Program-made: the position numbers and the translations under genes | Source: an uncultured delta proteobacterium | Lineage (GTDB): Bacteria > Myxococcota > Kuafuiibacteriia > Kuafuiibacteriales > Kuafuiibacteriaceae | Direction: 5' to 3' | Assembly (NCBI GenBank): GCA_963803435.1 | Contig: CAWDML010000011.1 | Coordinates: forward strand, 12,674-76,673 | Length of the DNA: 64,000 bases | Shown here: positions 54,962 through 64,000 of the stretch, in pieces | Position numbering within the stretch: position 1 is the stretch's first letter | Layout: every line of letters begins with the position of its first letter | The notes under the pieces: model-generated | Told to the model about the DNA's origin: nothing | The model's input: only the letters and a program-made list of their open reading frames with translations | Database searches by the model: none

Positions 54962-55023
54962 CCGTGACCGCAATGCGCGACCGTGACAGTGACGGTGACG
55001 GTGACCGCCGCAGGATCGAGGGC
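54962..55023. repeat. Right arm of 62-bp imperfect inverted repeat (GGTGAC-type hexamers)
   Basis: Pairs with 54441-54502. Confidence 0.9.
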
Positions 55024-55044
55024 TGCTGATCGATCTGGACGCAG

Positions 55045-56598
55045 TCAAGGCTTGAGCTGGAAACGTGTCGCTCGGTTCCAGTTCGGCGACACCACGTAGA
55101 GACTCGTGCCGAGCACGCACAGACCCTCATTGAAGCCGAGGGTGATGTCGCTTGCGGCCGGATTGCCTGTCTCGTTGAAGTCGGAACGTCCGAGAACGGC
55201 GATCGCCGGCTCGCCGCTCGCAGTCGGAACAGGCTGCCAAACCATCACCCGTTGGTTCATGAAGTCAGCCACGAATAAGGCGTCAAACGCGATGATCACG
55301 GCCCTCGGCTGAGACAAACCGAACTGATTTGGCCCTGCACCTCCCGCGTTGCTCAGCGCGACATTGAAGGCGCTCTGCCCGACGACGACGTCGGCTGGAG
55401 CCCCGTTGGAGGAAGGCAGCGAGTTCCAGATGAGCACACGATTGTTGTTGGAGTCGGCCACCACGAGCCGACCGCTCGTCGGATCGAAGAACGAGTCGTA
55501 GGCGAGGTTGAGCGTGGAATCGGACGCCGGAGGCGCGGATACCGTGGTGAAATCGGGTTGCCCGATGACGACGTCGGGAGGGTTCGAGCCCGGAGTGCTC
55601 GGAGCAGAGTTCCAAATGAGCACCCGACTGTTCGAGCTATCCGCCACGAAGAGGTGGCCACCAGCTGCATCAACACCTCTCGGACCTTGGAAGTGATCAC
55701 GGTCCGATCCGGGATCGTTCGAAACGAAGTCGGCTTGCCCGAGCACCAGCGTTGCCGAATTGACGAAATTCGCCGGAATCGGGTCGAAGAGCAGGACGCG
55801 ATTTCCGCTGACGACATAGACTCGCTGGCCATCCGACGACATGTCGTGGGCCGTTCCCACCCCCGTCTGGCTGAACGCATTGTCTGCGGAGACCAGGTTG
55901 ACCTGACCGATCGCGATGTTTGCCGACTGCTGATTCAGGAAAGGAGGCGCATCCCATTGAAGGACCCGATAGTGCTGCGAATCCGAGATCCATAGTCTCG
56001 AACCAAACGTCGCACACTCAGAAGGGAAGCTGAGCGACCCTCCGTTGAGCGGCGCCGAGATCGCCGTCGTCTCAAAATCTGGTTGCCCCAACACCAGGTC
56101 CGCGGCCTGTCCGGTGGTCACGACCGGCGGCCTCACCTCGAACTCCACGTCGATGGTCCTGTCCTGGACCAGCGTCAGGGTGCACTGCTCGACCGCGCTG
56201 GCGCAGGGCGGGGTCCAACCGACCACGCGGGCGTTGGTGTCGGGGGCGGCGTCGAGCTGGATCGGCGTGTCGGCGGGGAAGGGCGCGGTGCATGTCGGAC
56301 CGCAGTTGATCCCGCTCGGCGCCGACGAGACGCGGCCGGGCCCGGTCACGCGGAGCGTGAGGCTGAAGGTGACGCTGGAGTCGGGGGGGCCAGCGTCGGG
56401 CTCGCCGGCGTCGCTCGGGGTGCCGGTGTCGGGCGGCGTGCCCGCGTCGGGCGGTGGGCCCGCGTCGTCGGGCTCGCCGGTGTCCGTGACGGGGAGCGCG
56501 TCGGGGTGGCGGCCGGCGTCGTCGGGGTCGGCGATGACGACGCCACAGGAAGCGGAGAGGACGAAGGCGGCAAAGGCGAGCAGGCGGAGCGGAGCCAC
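55045..56598 (-). CDS. Lipoprotein with InlB B-repeat-like domain and NHL beta-propeller
   Basis: LSASC lipobox, PDAG linker, GPGRVSSAPSGINCG, repeated VLGQPDF / VADSxNxRVLIWN. Confidence 0.85.
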   Translation of the reverse strand: MAPLRLLAFAAFVLSASCGVVIADPDDAGRHPDALPVTDTGEPDDAGPPPDAGTPPDTGTPSDAGEPDAGPPDSSVTFSLTLRVTGPGRVSSAPSGINCGPTCTAPFPADTPIQLDAAPDTNARVVGWTPPCASAVEQCTLTLVQDRTIDVEFEVRPPVVTTGQAADLVLGQPDFETTAISAPLNGGSLSFPSECATFGSRLWISDSQHYRVLQWDAPPFLNQQSANIAIGQVNLVSADNAFSQTGVGTAHDMSSDGQRVYVVSGNRVLLFDPIPANFVNSATLVLGQADFVSNDPGSDRDHFQGPRGVDAAGGHLFVADSSNSRVLIWNSAPSTPGSNPPDVVIGQPDFTTVSAPPASDSTLNLAYDSFFDPTSGRLVVADSNNNRVLIWNSLPSSNGAPADVVVGQSAFNVALSNAGGAGPNQFGLSQPRAVIIAFDALFVADFMNQRVMVWQPVPTASGEPAIAVLGRSDFNETGNPAASDITLGFNEGLCVLGTSLYVVSPNWNRATRFQLKP

Positions 56599-56824
56599 AG
56601 GCGGGAAGTATAGCAGGAGGTGTTCCAGTGTCGTTGCGTCGGTTTCTCTCTCCCACGTCCGGATTCGTCCGGTCTGCCGCAAGTCAGCTTGCGTCGGGTC
56701 GCCAGCAGTGGGGGGGCCCAGTCCCCATTCCGCGCGTCGCCCGCAGATCCAAGCCGGCGACAACAGGTCGTCGCACGCTGCGCCGAAGGCCCGGCCTGGA
56801 TCCTGCGACCACACCCCCGACGCG

Positions 56825-57274
56825 ATGCGCCTCGCGGTCTATCGAAACGGGCTACTCCTGCAGCACACGACGTTCACGGCGACGTCGGTTCGCATCGGCC
56901 GTCTGGCCTCCAGCGATCTCGTGCTGGAGGGCGATGAGGTGGCGCGCTTTCATGCGGTGATCGATCGCGCGCTCGACGGCGGTGGATTCGAGCTCACCGA
57001 TCTCAGCGCCGGGGCGACGCGCCTCAACGGCGCGCCGGTCTCCCGCGCTCGGCTGCATGAGGGCGACGAGGTGAAGATCGGCCGCTATCGGATCGTCCTG
57101 GCGAGCGCGGGCTCGAGTGCATACGACATGGTGATGGTCCCGGCCGGCGAGTCCCTGGTGCCCGGTCGGGTGTCCGGTGTGCTCTGGCCGGCCACAGCCG
57201 AAGAGATGGCCTCGGAGCCTGCAACGGGCGAAATCGCGGTCAGGGGCGAGCTCGCCAAGCTCAAGGCTGAGTGA
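56825..57274 (+). CDS. FHA-domain protein 1
   Basis: VRIGR, EVARFHAVI, TRLNG, LHEGDEVKIG. Confidence 0.85.
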   Translation: MRLAVYRNGLLLQHTTFTATSVRIGRLASSDLVLEGDEVARFHAVIDRALDGGGFELTDLSAGATRLNGAPVSRARLHEGDEVKIGRYRIVLASAGSSAYDMVMVPAGESLVPGRVSGVLWPATAEEMASEPATGEIAVRGELAKLKAE

Positions 57275-57345
57275 CACCGCGCCCCGTCCGATGGTCGTCC
57301 TGGGAACAGTTCGGGTACTCGAGGGACAAGCTGGTTCCGGGAGGA

Positions 57346-57373
57346 CTTTCACAAGCGCGCGGCTTTGTGAAAG
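57346..57373. promoter_or_regulatory. Inverted repeat between FHA genes (operator or hairpin)
   Basis: CTTTCACAA-N10-TTGTGAAAG. Confidence 0.4.
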
Positions 57374-57421
57374 ATCGAGAATGAAAGGCGATACGGCCCG
57401 GTTCATGCGGAGGTGCGACCC

Positions 57422-57793
57422 GTGAAGTTGGATGTCTATCGGGAAGGCAGGTATCTGAGGGCGGAGGTGTTCACCTCCGACTCCATCCGGATCGGGACGC
57501 TGCCGACGCTCGATGTGATCCTCGAAGGGGACGAGGTCTCGCAGGTCCATGCCTTGATCCAGCGGGCGCTCGACGGCGACGGCTTCGTCATCAGTGAGTT
57601 CGGGGGCAACGTCGTTCGTTTGAATGGGATTTCGATCTCCAAGGCCAAGCTGCGGCAGGGCGACAGGCTGGGGATCGGTCCGTTCGAGCTGGTCGTGAGC
57701 AGCGAGCAGGCGTTCGAGGACGGCGCGATCACGAACGACCTGAGCTGGGGCGATCCGATCTTCCTGCTCACCAAGAAGAAAACTGCCGTATGA
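57422..57793 (+). CDS. FHA-domain protein 2
   Basis: IRIGT, EVSQVHALI, VRLNG, LRQGDRLGIG. Confidence 0.82.
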   Translation: MKLDVYREGRYLRAEVFTSDSIRIGTLPTLDVILEGDEVSQVHALIQRALDGDGFVISEFGGNVVRLNGISISKAKLRQGDRLGIGPFELVVSSEQAFEDGAITNDLSWGDPIFLLTKKKTAV

Positions 57794-58272
57794 AGCTGGC
57801 GATCCACGAGAGCGGACGATTCGTCCGCGCCATCTCGACCAGGCGCGACGTCGTTCGGATCGGCCGGCTTCCGACCTGCGAGGTCGTCCTGGAAGGGGAC
57901 GGCGTCGCTCGCTATCACGCGGTCATCGAGCGCAGCGTCGACGGGACCTGGGCGCTCCTCGGGATGGGACCGAGCGAGACCCGGCTGAACGGGCAGGCCG
58001 TCACACGCGCCCGCCTGAACCCGGGCGACGAGCTTTCGATCGGGACCTACAAGATCCGCGTGCTCGAGGAGGAGCGGGAGGCACAGGAGATCGTGATCGT
58101 GGCCGAGGACGATCATCTGATCGCCGCCCCGATCGCGGAGGTGCTCTGGTCTGCGACGGCCGCGGAGATGGCCGCCGAGCCCACCACCGGTGAGGTGCCC
58201 ATCCCACTCGAGCTGGTGCTCGATGACGACGAGCCGATCTATCTCCTGACCCAGCGGAAGCGGCGCGCCTGA
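57790..58272 (+). CDS. FHA-domain protein 3
   Basis: VRIGR, GVARYHAVI, TRLNG, LNPGDELSIG. Confidence 0.85.
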   Translation: MKLAIHESGRFVRAISTRRDVVRIGRLPTCEVVLEGDGVARYHAVIERSVDGTWALLGMGPSETRLNGQAVTRARLNPGDELSIGTYKIRVLEEEREAQEIVIVAEDDHLIAAPIAEVLWSATAAEMAAEPTTGEVPIPLELVLDDDEPIYLLTQRKRRA

Positions 58273-58315
58273 TCCGAAACCTCAAGTCTGGCTCGGACGG
58301 TCCGATTGTCCCGGC

Positions 58316-58696
58316 GTGACGTTGCTCCGCATCCACCGACAGCTCGAGGGCGCCCAGAAGAGGGCGGAGAAGGCGGTGGAGATCGCCGACGCGGGACGCC
58401 GCGCCATCGAGGACGCCATTGAGGGGCTCAACTCGCAGCTCGACGCGCTCCGAAGCGGGTGCGTCGACGTGGAGCTCGGAGACGCCCTCGTGAGGACCGA
58501 GGTGCGCGTCATGCGGCTCATCGCCGAGCTCGAGCGTTTCGAGCGGGACGTCACCCAGCCGGCCGAGGAGCTCCATCGTATGGCGGTGGCGCGCATCGCC
58601 GCGTTCGAGGCCAAGCTCGCGAAGAATCGCGCGCCCGCGCCGCGACGCCAATCGATCTCCCGCGCCCGCCGGACCTTCACGCAGGACCACGCCTGA
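58316..58696 (+). CDS. Hypothetical coiled-coil protein
   Basis: 126-aa helical ORF with host-like codon usage. Confidence 0.55.
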   Translation: MTLLRIHRQLEGAQKRAEKAVEIADAGRRAIEDAIEGLNSQLDALRSGCVDVELGDALVRTEVRVMRLIAELERFERDVTQPAEELHRMAVARIAAFEAKLAKNRAPAPRRQSISRARRTFTQDHA

Positions 58697-58795
58697 TCGT
58701 CCGTTCGATTTTCGGACATCGTCCGAACGTTTCCGGACGATCCGCCCGCCCGCCGATGAAACGGCTTTGGCCCGAGATCTGCTACCAGGGCCCAC

Positions 58796-59149
58796 ATGAG
58801 CTCTCCACTCGAGCAGGCCCTCGACGCCTTGGTGACCGCCCTGATCGCGCGGCTCACCACGCTCCGGCCGGACATCTCCGAAGGCACCGTCCGCACGGTG
58901 GGCCCGCCGCCCTACCGCAGGCTGGATTGCCGGCACCGCGCGCTCGCCTACGTTCGCAGCCGTCCGAAGAAGCGCATCGTGCGGGTCGACATCACCGGGC
59001 TTTGGCTGGCGCCGCCGCGGTGTCGTCTCTCCATCGCGAGCTCGGGAGGGGTCGCGCTGGCGCTCCGCTCGGAGCTGGACCTCGACGACGCCGTCGGTTT
59101 CATCCTCCAGGCGATCGATCGGACGCGGAGCCTCGCCTACGCGAGGTGA
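58796..59149 (+). CDS. Hypothetical protein
   Basis: 117-aa ORF with protein-like composition. Confidence 0.6.
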   Translation: MSSPLEQALDALVTALIARLTTLRPDISEGTVRTVGPPPYRRLDCRHRALAYVRSRPKKRIVRVDITGLWLAPPRCRLSIASSGGVALALRSELDLDDAVGFILQAIDRTRSLAYAR

Positions 59150-59158
59150 ACGCGCGGC

Positions 59159-59995
59159 TCACGATGGGTCGGTGTCGAAGGCGTGCCCGAGGAGGAGCTC
59201 CAGGCCGAACGCGCCGGCCGCGCGATAGACCGGCTCGAGCGACTCGGTGATCGGCTGTGTCCCCGACCAGAAGGGAAAGGGGCCCAACCGTTTGAGCACC
59301 GCGGTGACGTCGGCCGCAGGATCGACGCTCCCCGCCATCGCGGGGTCGAGCTCGCCGCCCTCCCAGAACGCTTGGTCGTCCGAAGGGAGCGGAGTCGGCT
59401 CGGGTTGTGCCGGCGTCTCGTCGGAGACGCCCACCAGCGCCAGCCGGAGTCGCTCGGGCTCGAGCCCGCGCAGCTTGAGGATCAGGCGAGGATCGCGATC
59501 GAGCTCCTCGCCGATCAGATAGAACAGCGCCGCGAGGTGCTTGCACGGGACCTCCCAGTCCGGACAGGTGCATTCGGTTTCGAGGTCGCCGTACTCTTTG
59601 GGGAAGAGGCTGTGGTGGGTCTCGGCGGTGATCTGCTCGAGCTCCGGCGGGAGCTCTCCATTCAATAGACGACCACCCAGCGCCGGTACGGCGCGCACGC
59701 TCTCGAGGATCCGATCCCAGATCGCGTCGGGAAACGGGCGCATCGATACGCGCACCTGGTACGGCGTGGGGCGCGAGCCCTGGACCGACGCGCGCACCTC
59801 CCCGAGCTCCACGTCGATCGCGGTCACCTGTCCCGAGCGTGCATAGGTACGGCCCCGGCTGAGGCGCGAGCCCAGCCCGAAGCCCTCGAGCGTACCGAGC
59901 CAGCGACGGGCCCACGCACCGGTGCCGATGCGACCGCTCTGGGCGCGCGCCTTGATGCCGGCGGGCACCGGCCTCCGCTTTCCAAACGTGCTCAT
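59159..59995 (-). CDS. SWIM zinc-finger protein
   Basis: SRLSRGRTYARSG, CTCPDWEVPCKH; ATGA overlap with the corrected SNF2 stop. Confidence 0.9.
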   Translation of the reverse strand: MSTFGKRRPVPAGIKARAQSGRIGTGAWARRWLGTLEGFGLGSRLSRGRTYARSGQVTAIDVELGEVRASVQGSRPTPYQVRVSMRPFPDAIWDRILESVRAVPALGGRLLNGELPPELEQITAETHHSLFPKEYGDLETECTCPDWEVPCKHLAALFYLIGEELDRDPRLILKLRGLEPERLRLALVGVSDETPAQPEPTPLPSDDQAFWEGGELDPAMAGSVDPAADVTAVLKRLGPFPFWSGTQPITESLEPVYRAAGAFGLELLLGHAFDTDPS

Positions 59996-62900
59996 TCCAT
60001 CACCGCCTCGCTCTTGAGCGCGAAGATCTCGGCGAGCTCGTTGTTCGAGAGCTCCGTCAGCCACTGCTCTCCCGCGGTGACCACCGAGGCGGCCACGGCC
60101 TTCTTTCTCTCGAATCATTCGGCAGATCTCCTCCTCCAGCGTGCCGAGACAGACCAGCTTGTGCACCTGGACATTCTTCAGCTGTCCGATGCGGAACGCG
60201 CGATCCATCGCCTGGTTCTCGACCGCCGGGTTCCACCAGCGATCGAAGAAGAACACGTGGTTCGCGCGGGTCAGGTTGAGGCCGGTCCCGCCGGCCTTGA
60301 GCGAGAGAACGAACAGCGGTGGGCCGTCCGGATCCTCCTGGAAGCGGAGCACCATCTCGTCGCGCGACTTCTTCGGCACCGCGCCGTGCAGGAACGCGAC
60401 CTCGCGCCCGATGACCCGCTGCAGGTGCTCCGTCAGGAGAGTGCCCATCTCGGCGAACTGCGTGAACACGAGCGCCCGATCGCCGCCCGCTGTCGCCTCG
60501 GCGAGCATCTCCTCCAGGCGCGCCAGCTTGCCGGAGCGGCCGGGCAAGGGCGAGTCGTCGCGGAGGAACTGAGCCGGGTGATTACAGACCTGCTTGAGCT
60601 TGGAGAGTGTCGCCAGGATGACGCCGCGCCGCTTCATGCCGTCGGCGTCCCGCAGCGTCGCCTCCGCATCCTTCACGACGGCGGCATAGAGCGACGCCTG
60701 CTCCCGCGTGAGGTGGCAGAAGACGTCCATCTCCTGCTTTTCCGGAAGATCGTCGATGATCGCGCGGTCGGTCTTGAGACGCCGGAGGATGAACGGTGAG
60801 GTCAGCCGCCTCAGGCGCTCCACCGCCTCGCGATCGCGGCTGGCCTGGATCGGTACGAAGAAGCGCTTTCTGAACTCGGTCCGTCCGCCGAGAAAGCCGG
60901 GGTTGAGAAACTCCATCAGGGACCAGAGCTCGCCGACATCGTTCTCCACCGGCGTTCCGGTCAGCGCGATCCGGCGCGACGCGCTCAAGCCCCGCGCGGC
61001 TCTCGACTGGCCGGCGTCGGGGTTCTTCACGTTCTGGGCCTCGTCGAGGATCACGCCGCTCCAGGAAACGCTGGTGAGGAGCTCGGAATCCCGCGAGAGC
61101 AGCGAGTAGCTGGTGATCACCAGATCCTTTCGCGCGCGGGTCTTCGAGAGCGCCTTCTTCGACTTGGCGCGGCCGGGTCCGTGGTGGATCACGAGCCCCA
61201 GCGAGGGGGCGAACCGCTCGGCCTCGCGCTGCCAGTTGCCGATCACGGAGGTCGGGCAGATCAACAGATAGGGAACGCGCCGCCGATCGCGCTCGCGATC
61301 GAGCAGCACGGCCGCGAGGGCCTGCACGGTCTTGCCGAGACCCATGTCGTCGGCGAGGCAGGCGCCCAGACCGCGCGCGCCCAGGAACTCCAGCCACGAG
61401 AACCCGCGTCGTTGATACGGGCGCAGGTGACCGGCGAAGCTCTCGGGCGGCTCGATCTCCGCGAACGCAGCGCGACCGGTGAGCGCGTCGATCAGATCGC
61501 CGGCTTCGCCGTGGCCCTCGACGCCCTCGAACGGCAGCTGGCCCGGGGGTGCGTCGGCGCCGAGCGCGAGTCGGACCAGCTCGACCACGCTCGCACGCCT
61601 CGGTCCCTCCGCAGCCAGGCGGAGGGCCGCCTCCAGGTGCTTGGGATCGAAGAAGACCCAGCGCCCGCGCATCTGCACCAGCGGCGATTTGAGCTGGGCC
61701 AGTCGCGCCAGCTCGGACTCCGTCAGCGTCTGGTCACCGAGCGCGATCTCCCAATCGAACCGCACCACGGCGTCGAGGGTGAGGCCTCCTCCGCCGCTCT
61801 CCTTGGTCAGCGGGATCCTCGCCCGCGCTCTGAGCGAGCTCGCTTCCCGCCGCGTCCACCAGCTCGGGAGCATCACGCGAAAGCCGGCCGCCTCCAGCGC
61901 CGGCGCGCGCTCACTGAGGAACGCGAGCGCCTGGTGACCGGTGAGCGGGATGCCGCCGGCAAGATCGTCGAACCAATCGGCGAGCTCCGGGACGAGCCGG
62001 AACGCCTGGCTGGAGAAGGAGAGCAGGGTCTCGCGGGCCAGCGGGGCAGCGTCATCCTGGAGGATCGGTCCCGCTTCGAGGAGCAGGCTCGGGTCCTCCT
62101 TGGACTGGAGGAGGAAGTCGATCGTCCAGGGATCGGCGTCGCCGGCAGGCTCGGAGATCCGAAGGCACAGCCGATACGGAAGCTGCGCGGAGCGCTCGAC
62201 GGGCTGGAGCCAATCGCGGCAGTCGTTCTCGAGCCGGGTCGCCTCGCCGCCCTCCGTCGCGAGCCGATCACGACCGCGAAGGGCGCGAAGCCAGCGATCG
62301 TGCAGCCCGCGCGACGGAGAGGGGGTCGGCGATCGCATCGCGCCCGCGGTGACAATCAGGTCCACCGCGCGATCGACGACCTCGCGCATCAGCGACAGCG
62401 GCGAGGTCCCGGGCGCGTCCTCGCCGAGCGCGCGGGCGGCGCCGGGCATGGCCCTCGCGAGCGCATGGAGCGCCTCGGCGTCGGCGCCGTCGAGGAGCGC
62501 CCGCCATCCGCCGAAGGATTTGCCGGCTGAGGGCAGAAACCTTCCCTCGGCGACCAGCCGGGCCGCGAAGCGCAAGACGACCTGCCAGAAGAGGAAATCG
62601 CGGCCGAGCACGACGCCGGGTGCAACCATGCGCTCGCCGCCCAGCAGGCTGGCCAGCTCGATCGCGTAGTCGAGCTCGAGGGCGAGCGCGTCGACCTCCC
62701 AGGCCACCAGGGCCCGTTCCCCGGCAGGGATCGGACCGACCATGCGGCTCGACGGGACCGCCGATCTGCGGCCGTTCCGCTCGACGGTCGGGAGCCAGAC
62801 CTGCGCGATCCAGTGCTCGAGCTCCGCAGGATCGAACGAGAGATCGAGCGAGGAGAGCGCGTCGACCAGCGCCCGCGCGCTGGCGGCCCGGGGGAGAGTG

Positions 62901-63007
62901 GTCTTTCGAGCCCGCCGCGCACGCGAGCTCTCTCCCCATAGGTGGAAGGCGCCGTCCCTTGGAGCTCCGTGTAGGACCAGCAAAGCTTGGCCGCGCTGTA
63001 ACCGCAT
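59992..63007 (-). CDS. SNF2-family helicase/ATPase (frameshift at 60112-60116)
   Basis: LRPYQ, LADDMGLGKT, DEAQ, TGTP, QAMDRAFRIGQ; corrected end GEQWLTELSNNELAEIFAL. Confidence 0.93.
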
Positions 63008-63144
63008 CGCGGAATCGCGCGCAACTGTTCACTGTATCCGCGCACGATCAGAGCTCAATTCGGCTGCGGTTCGTCTTCTCTCGGAATACGAGCATCGCGT
63101 GCTTCGCCTCGCGAGCGCCGAAGGCGTCGCTCTACCATCGCCGC

Positions 63145-64000
63145 ATGAACGTTCGAGCCCCTGGGCTGGTCCAGAAGATCCTCGTGTCGGCTGCGCTGAT
63201 CGTATCGATGGCGGTGCACGGCTGCAGCTGCGATGAGGCCACGATCGGGCCGAGCGTCGACACCGGTTCGGATGACTCCCAGAGCGTCGGCGACGACACC
63301 GGCCGCACGGACGTCGGAGATGGGGACGGGTCGGTCGTCGGGGACGCCGACGGCGGACCGTTCGATGAGCCGCTCTCGGAGTTCTGCTCGGGGATGGGCA
63401 CGGTGGTTCGGGTCGGCGGCGCCGAGGGCGGGCTTTGCGCCGGCGAGGTGGCCGAGGAGGCGTTCCAGTTCGCCATCTGCGCCTGCCACGATCTCGTCGA
63501 CGCCCAGTCGAACGTTTCGGTCGACTCGTTCGACTCGACCCTCGGGTCCTACGGCTCCACGGTGGCGGGCGGTGGAGTGAACATCGGCGACGACGGCAAC
63601 ATCGGCGTGAATCATCAGCTCGTGAACTTCAACGCGCAGCTGAATCTCCGCGGCTCGATCTTCGTCGGCGGCGGCGGGTTCGGCGTACGCGGCTCGAGCT
63701 CGATCTCCAGAAACGTGGTGGCGGCCGGAACGGCCACCGGAGCCGCGGCGTCGACGACGATCGGCCGCAACATGTTCATCGACGGGAACGTCCGCGGGCG
63801 CTATGCGATCGAGGGCGATCTGCACGTCCCGGTCACCGCTACGATCACGCAGACCACCGTCGGCGGCACGATCGTTCGCGAGCCGGTGCGTAGCCGGCTG
63901 CCGTGCGCCTGCGCTGAGGACGAGATCCTCGACGTCGGTGGGATCACCGCCTACGGCCGGCTCCACAACGACAACGACGAGACGATGGCCGTGACCTCGA
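63145..64000 (+). CDS. Hypothetical lipoprotein (3' partial)
   Basis: Open frame to the window end: signal ending VHGCSC, acidic linker, FAICAC, Gly-rich beta repeats; absent from ORF track because it has no stop. Confidence 0.75.
   Translation, partial: MNVRAPGLVQKILVSAALIVSMAVHGCSCDEATIGPSVDTGSDDSQSVGDDTGRTDVGDGDGSVVGDADGGPFDEPLSEFCSGMGTVVRVGGAEGGLCAGEVAEEAFQFAICACHDLVDAQSNVSVDSFDSTLGSYGSTVAGGGVNIGDDGNIGVNHQLVNFNAQLNLRGSIFVGGGGFGVRGSSSISRNVVAAGTATGAAASTTIGRNMFIDGNVRGRYAIEGDLHVPVTATITQTTVGGTIVREPVRSRLPCACAEDEILDVGGITAYGRLHNDNDETMAVTS

Noticed and set aside
54441-55023. CRISPR array or IS element
   Set aside because: The repeats are hexamers in two inverted arms without spacers, and the enclosed ORF has no transposase motifs
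59159-63007. Apparent 1282-aa SNF2-SWIM fusion in the ORF track
   Set aside because: Removing one base at 60112-60116 restores the normal SNF2 C-terminus and a stop overlapping the SWIM ATG; these are two genes

Overview
High-GC (roughly 70% by eye) bacterial chromosomal window. Gene content (Ser/Thr kinases, FHA proteins, ECF/FecR-TPR module, PilP, AgmX/PglI-like domain, Cys-rich lipoproteins) points to Myxococcota/deltaproteobacteria. In order it carries: the 3' end of fabH; an isc operon (iscS-iscU-iscA-hscB-hscA) headed by a Cys-rich MerR regulator instead of an Rrf2/IscR; a Lol-like ABC exporter operon; an ECF sigma/anti-sigma operon; a GH113/PHP/Na-symporter/porin cluster; ATP-dependent DNA ligase; gdhA with its PEP-synthase-like partner; an FHA triplet; and a SNF2-SWIM pair. 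No rRNA, tRNA, CRISPR array or transposase was seen. Three signals stand out. (1) A four-helix-bundle (23S-IVP/Avd-like) gene is enclosed by 62-bp imperfect inverted repeats built on GTCACC hexamers, inside a lower-GC segment. (2) The MerR-isc arrangement has two tandem 22-bp dyads upstream. (3) Seven of the twelve frameshifts noticed are single-base insertions converting GATC to GATTC/GAATC, suggesting base-calling errors at modified GATC sites rather than real pseudogenes. All product calls are from motif recognition by eye; no database search was run.
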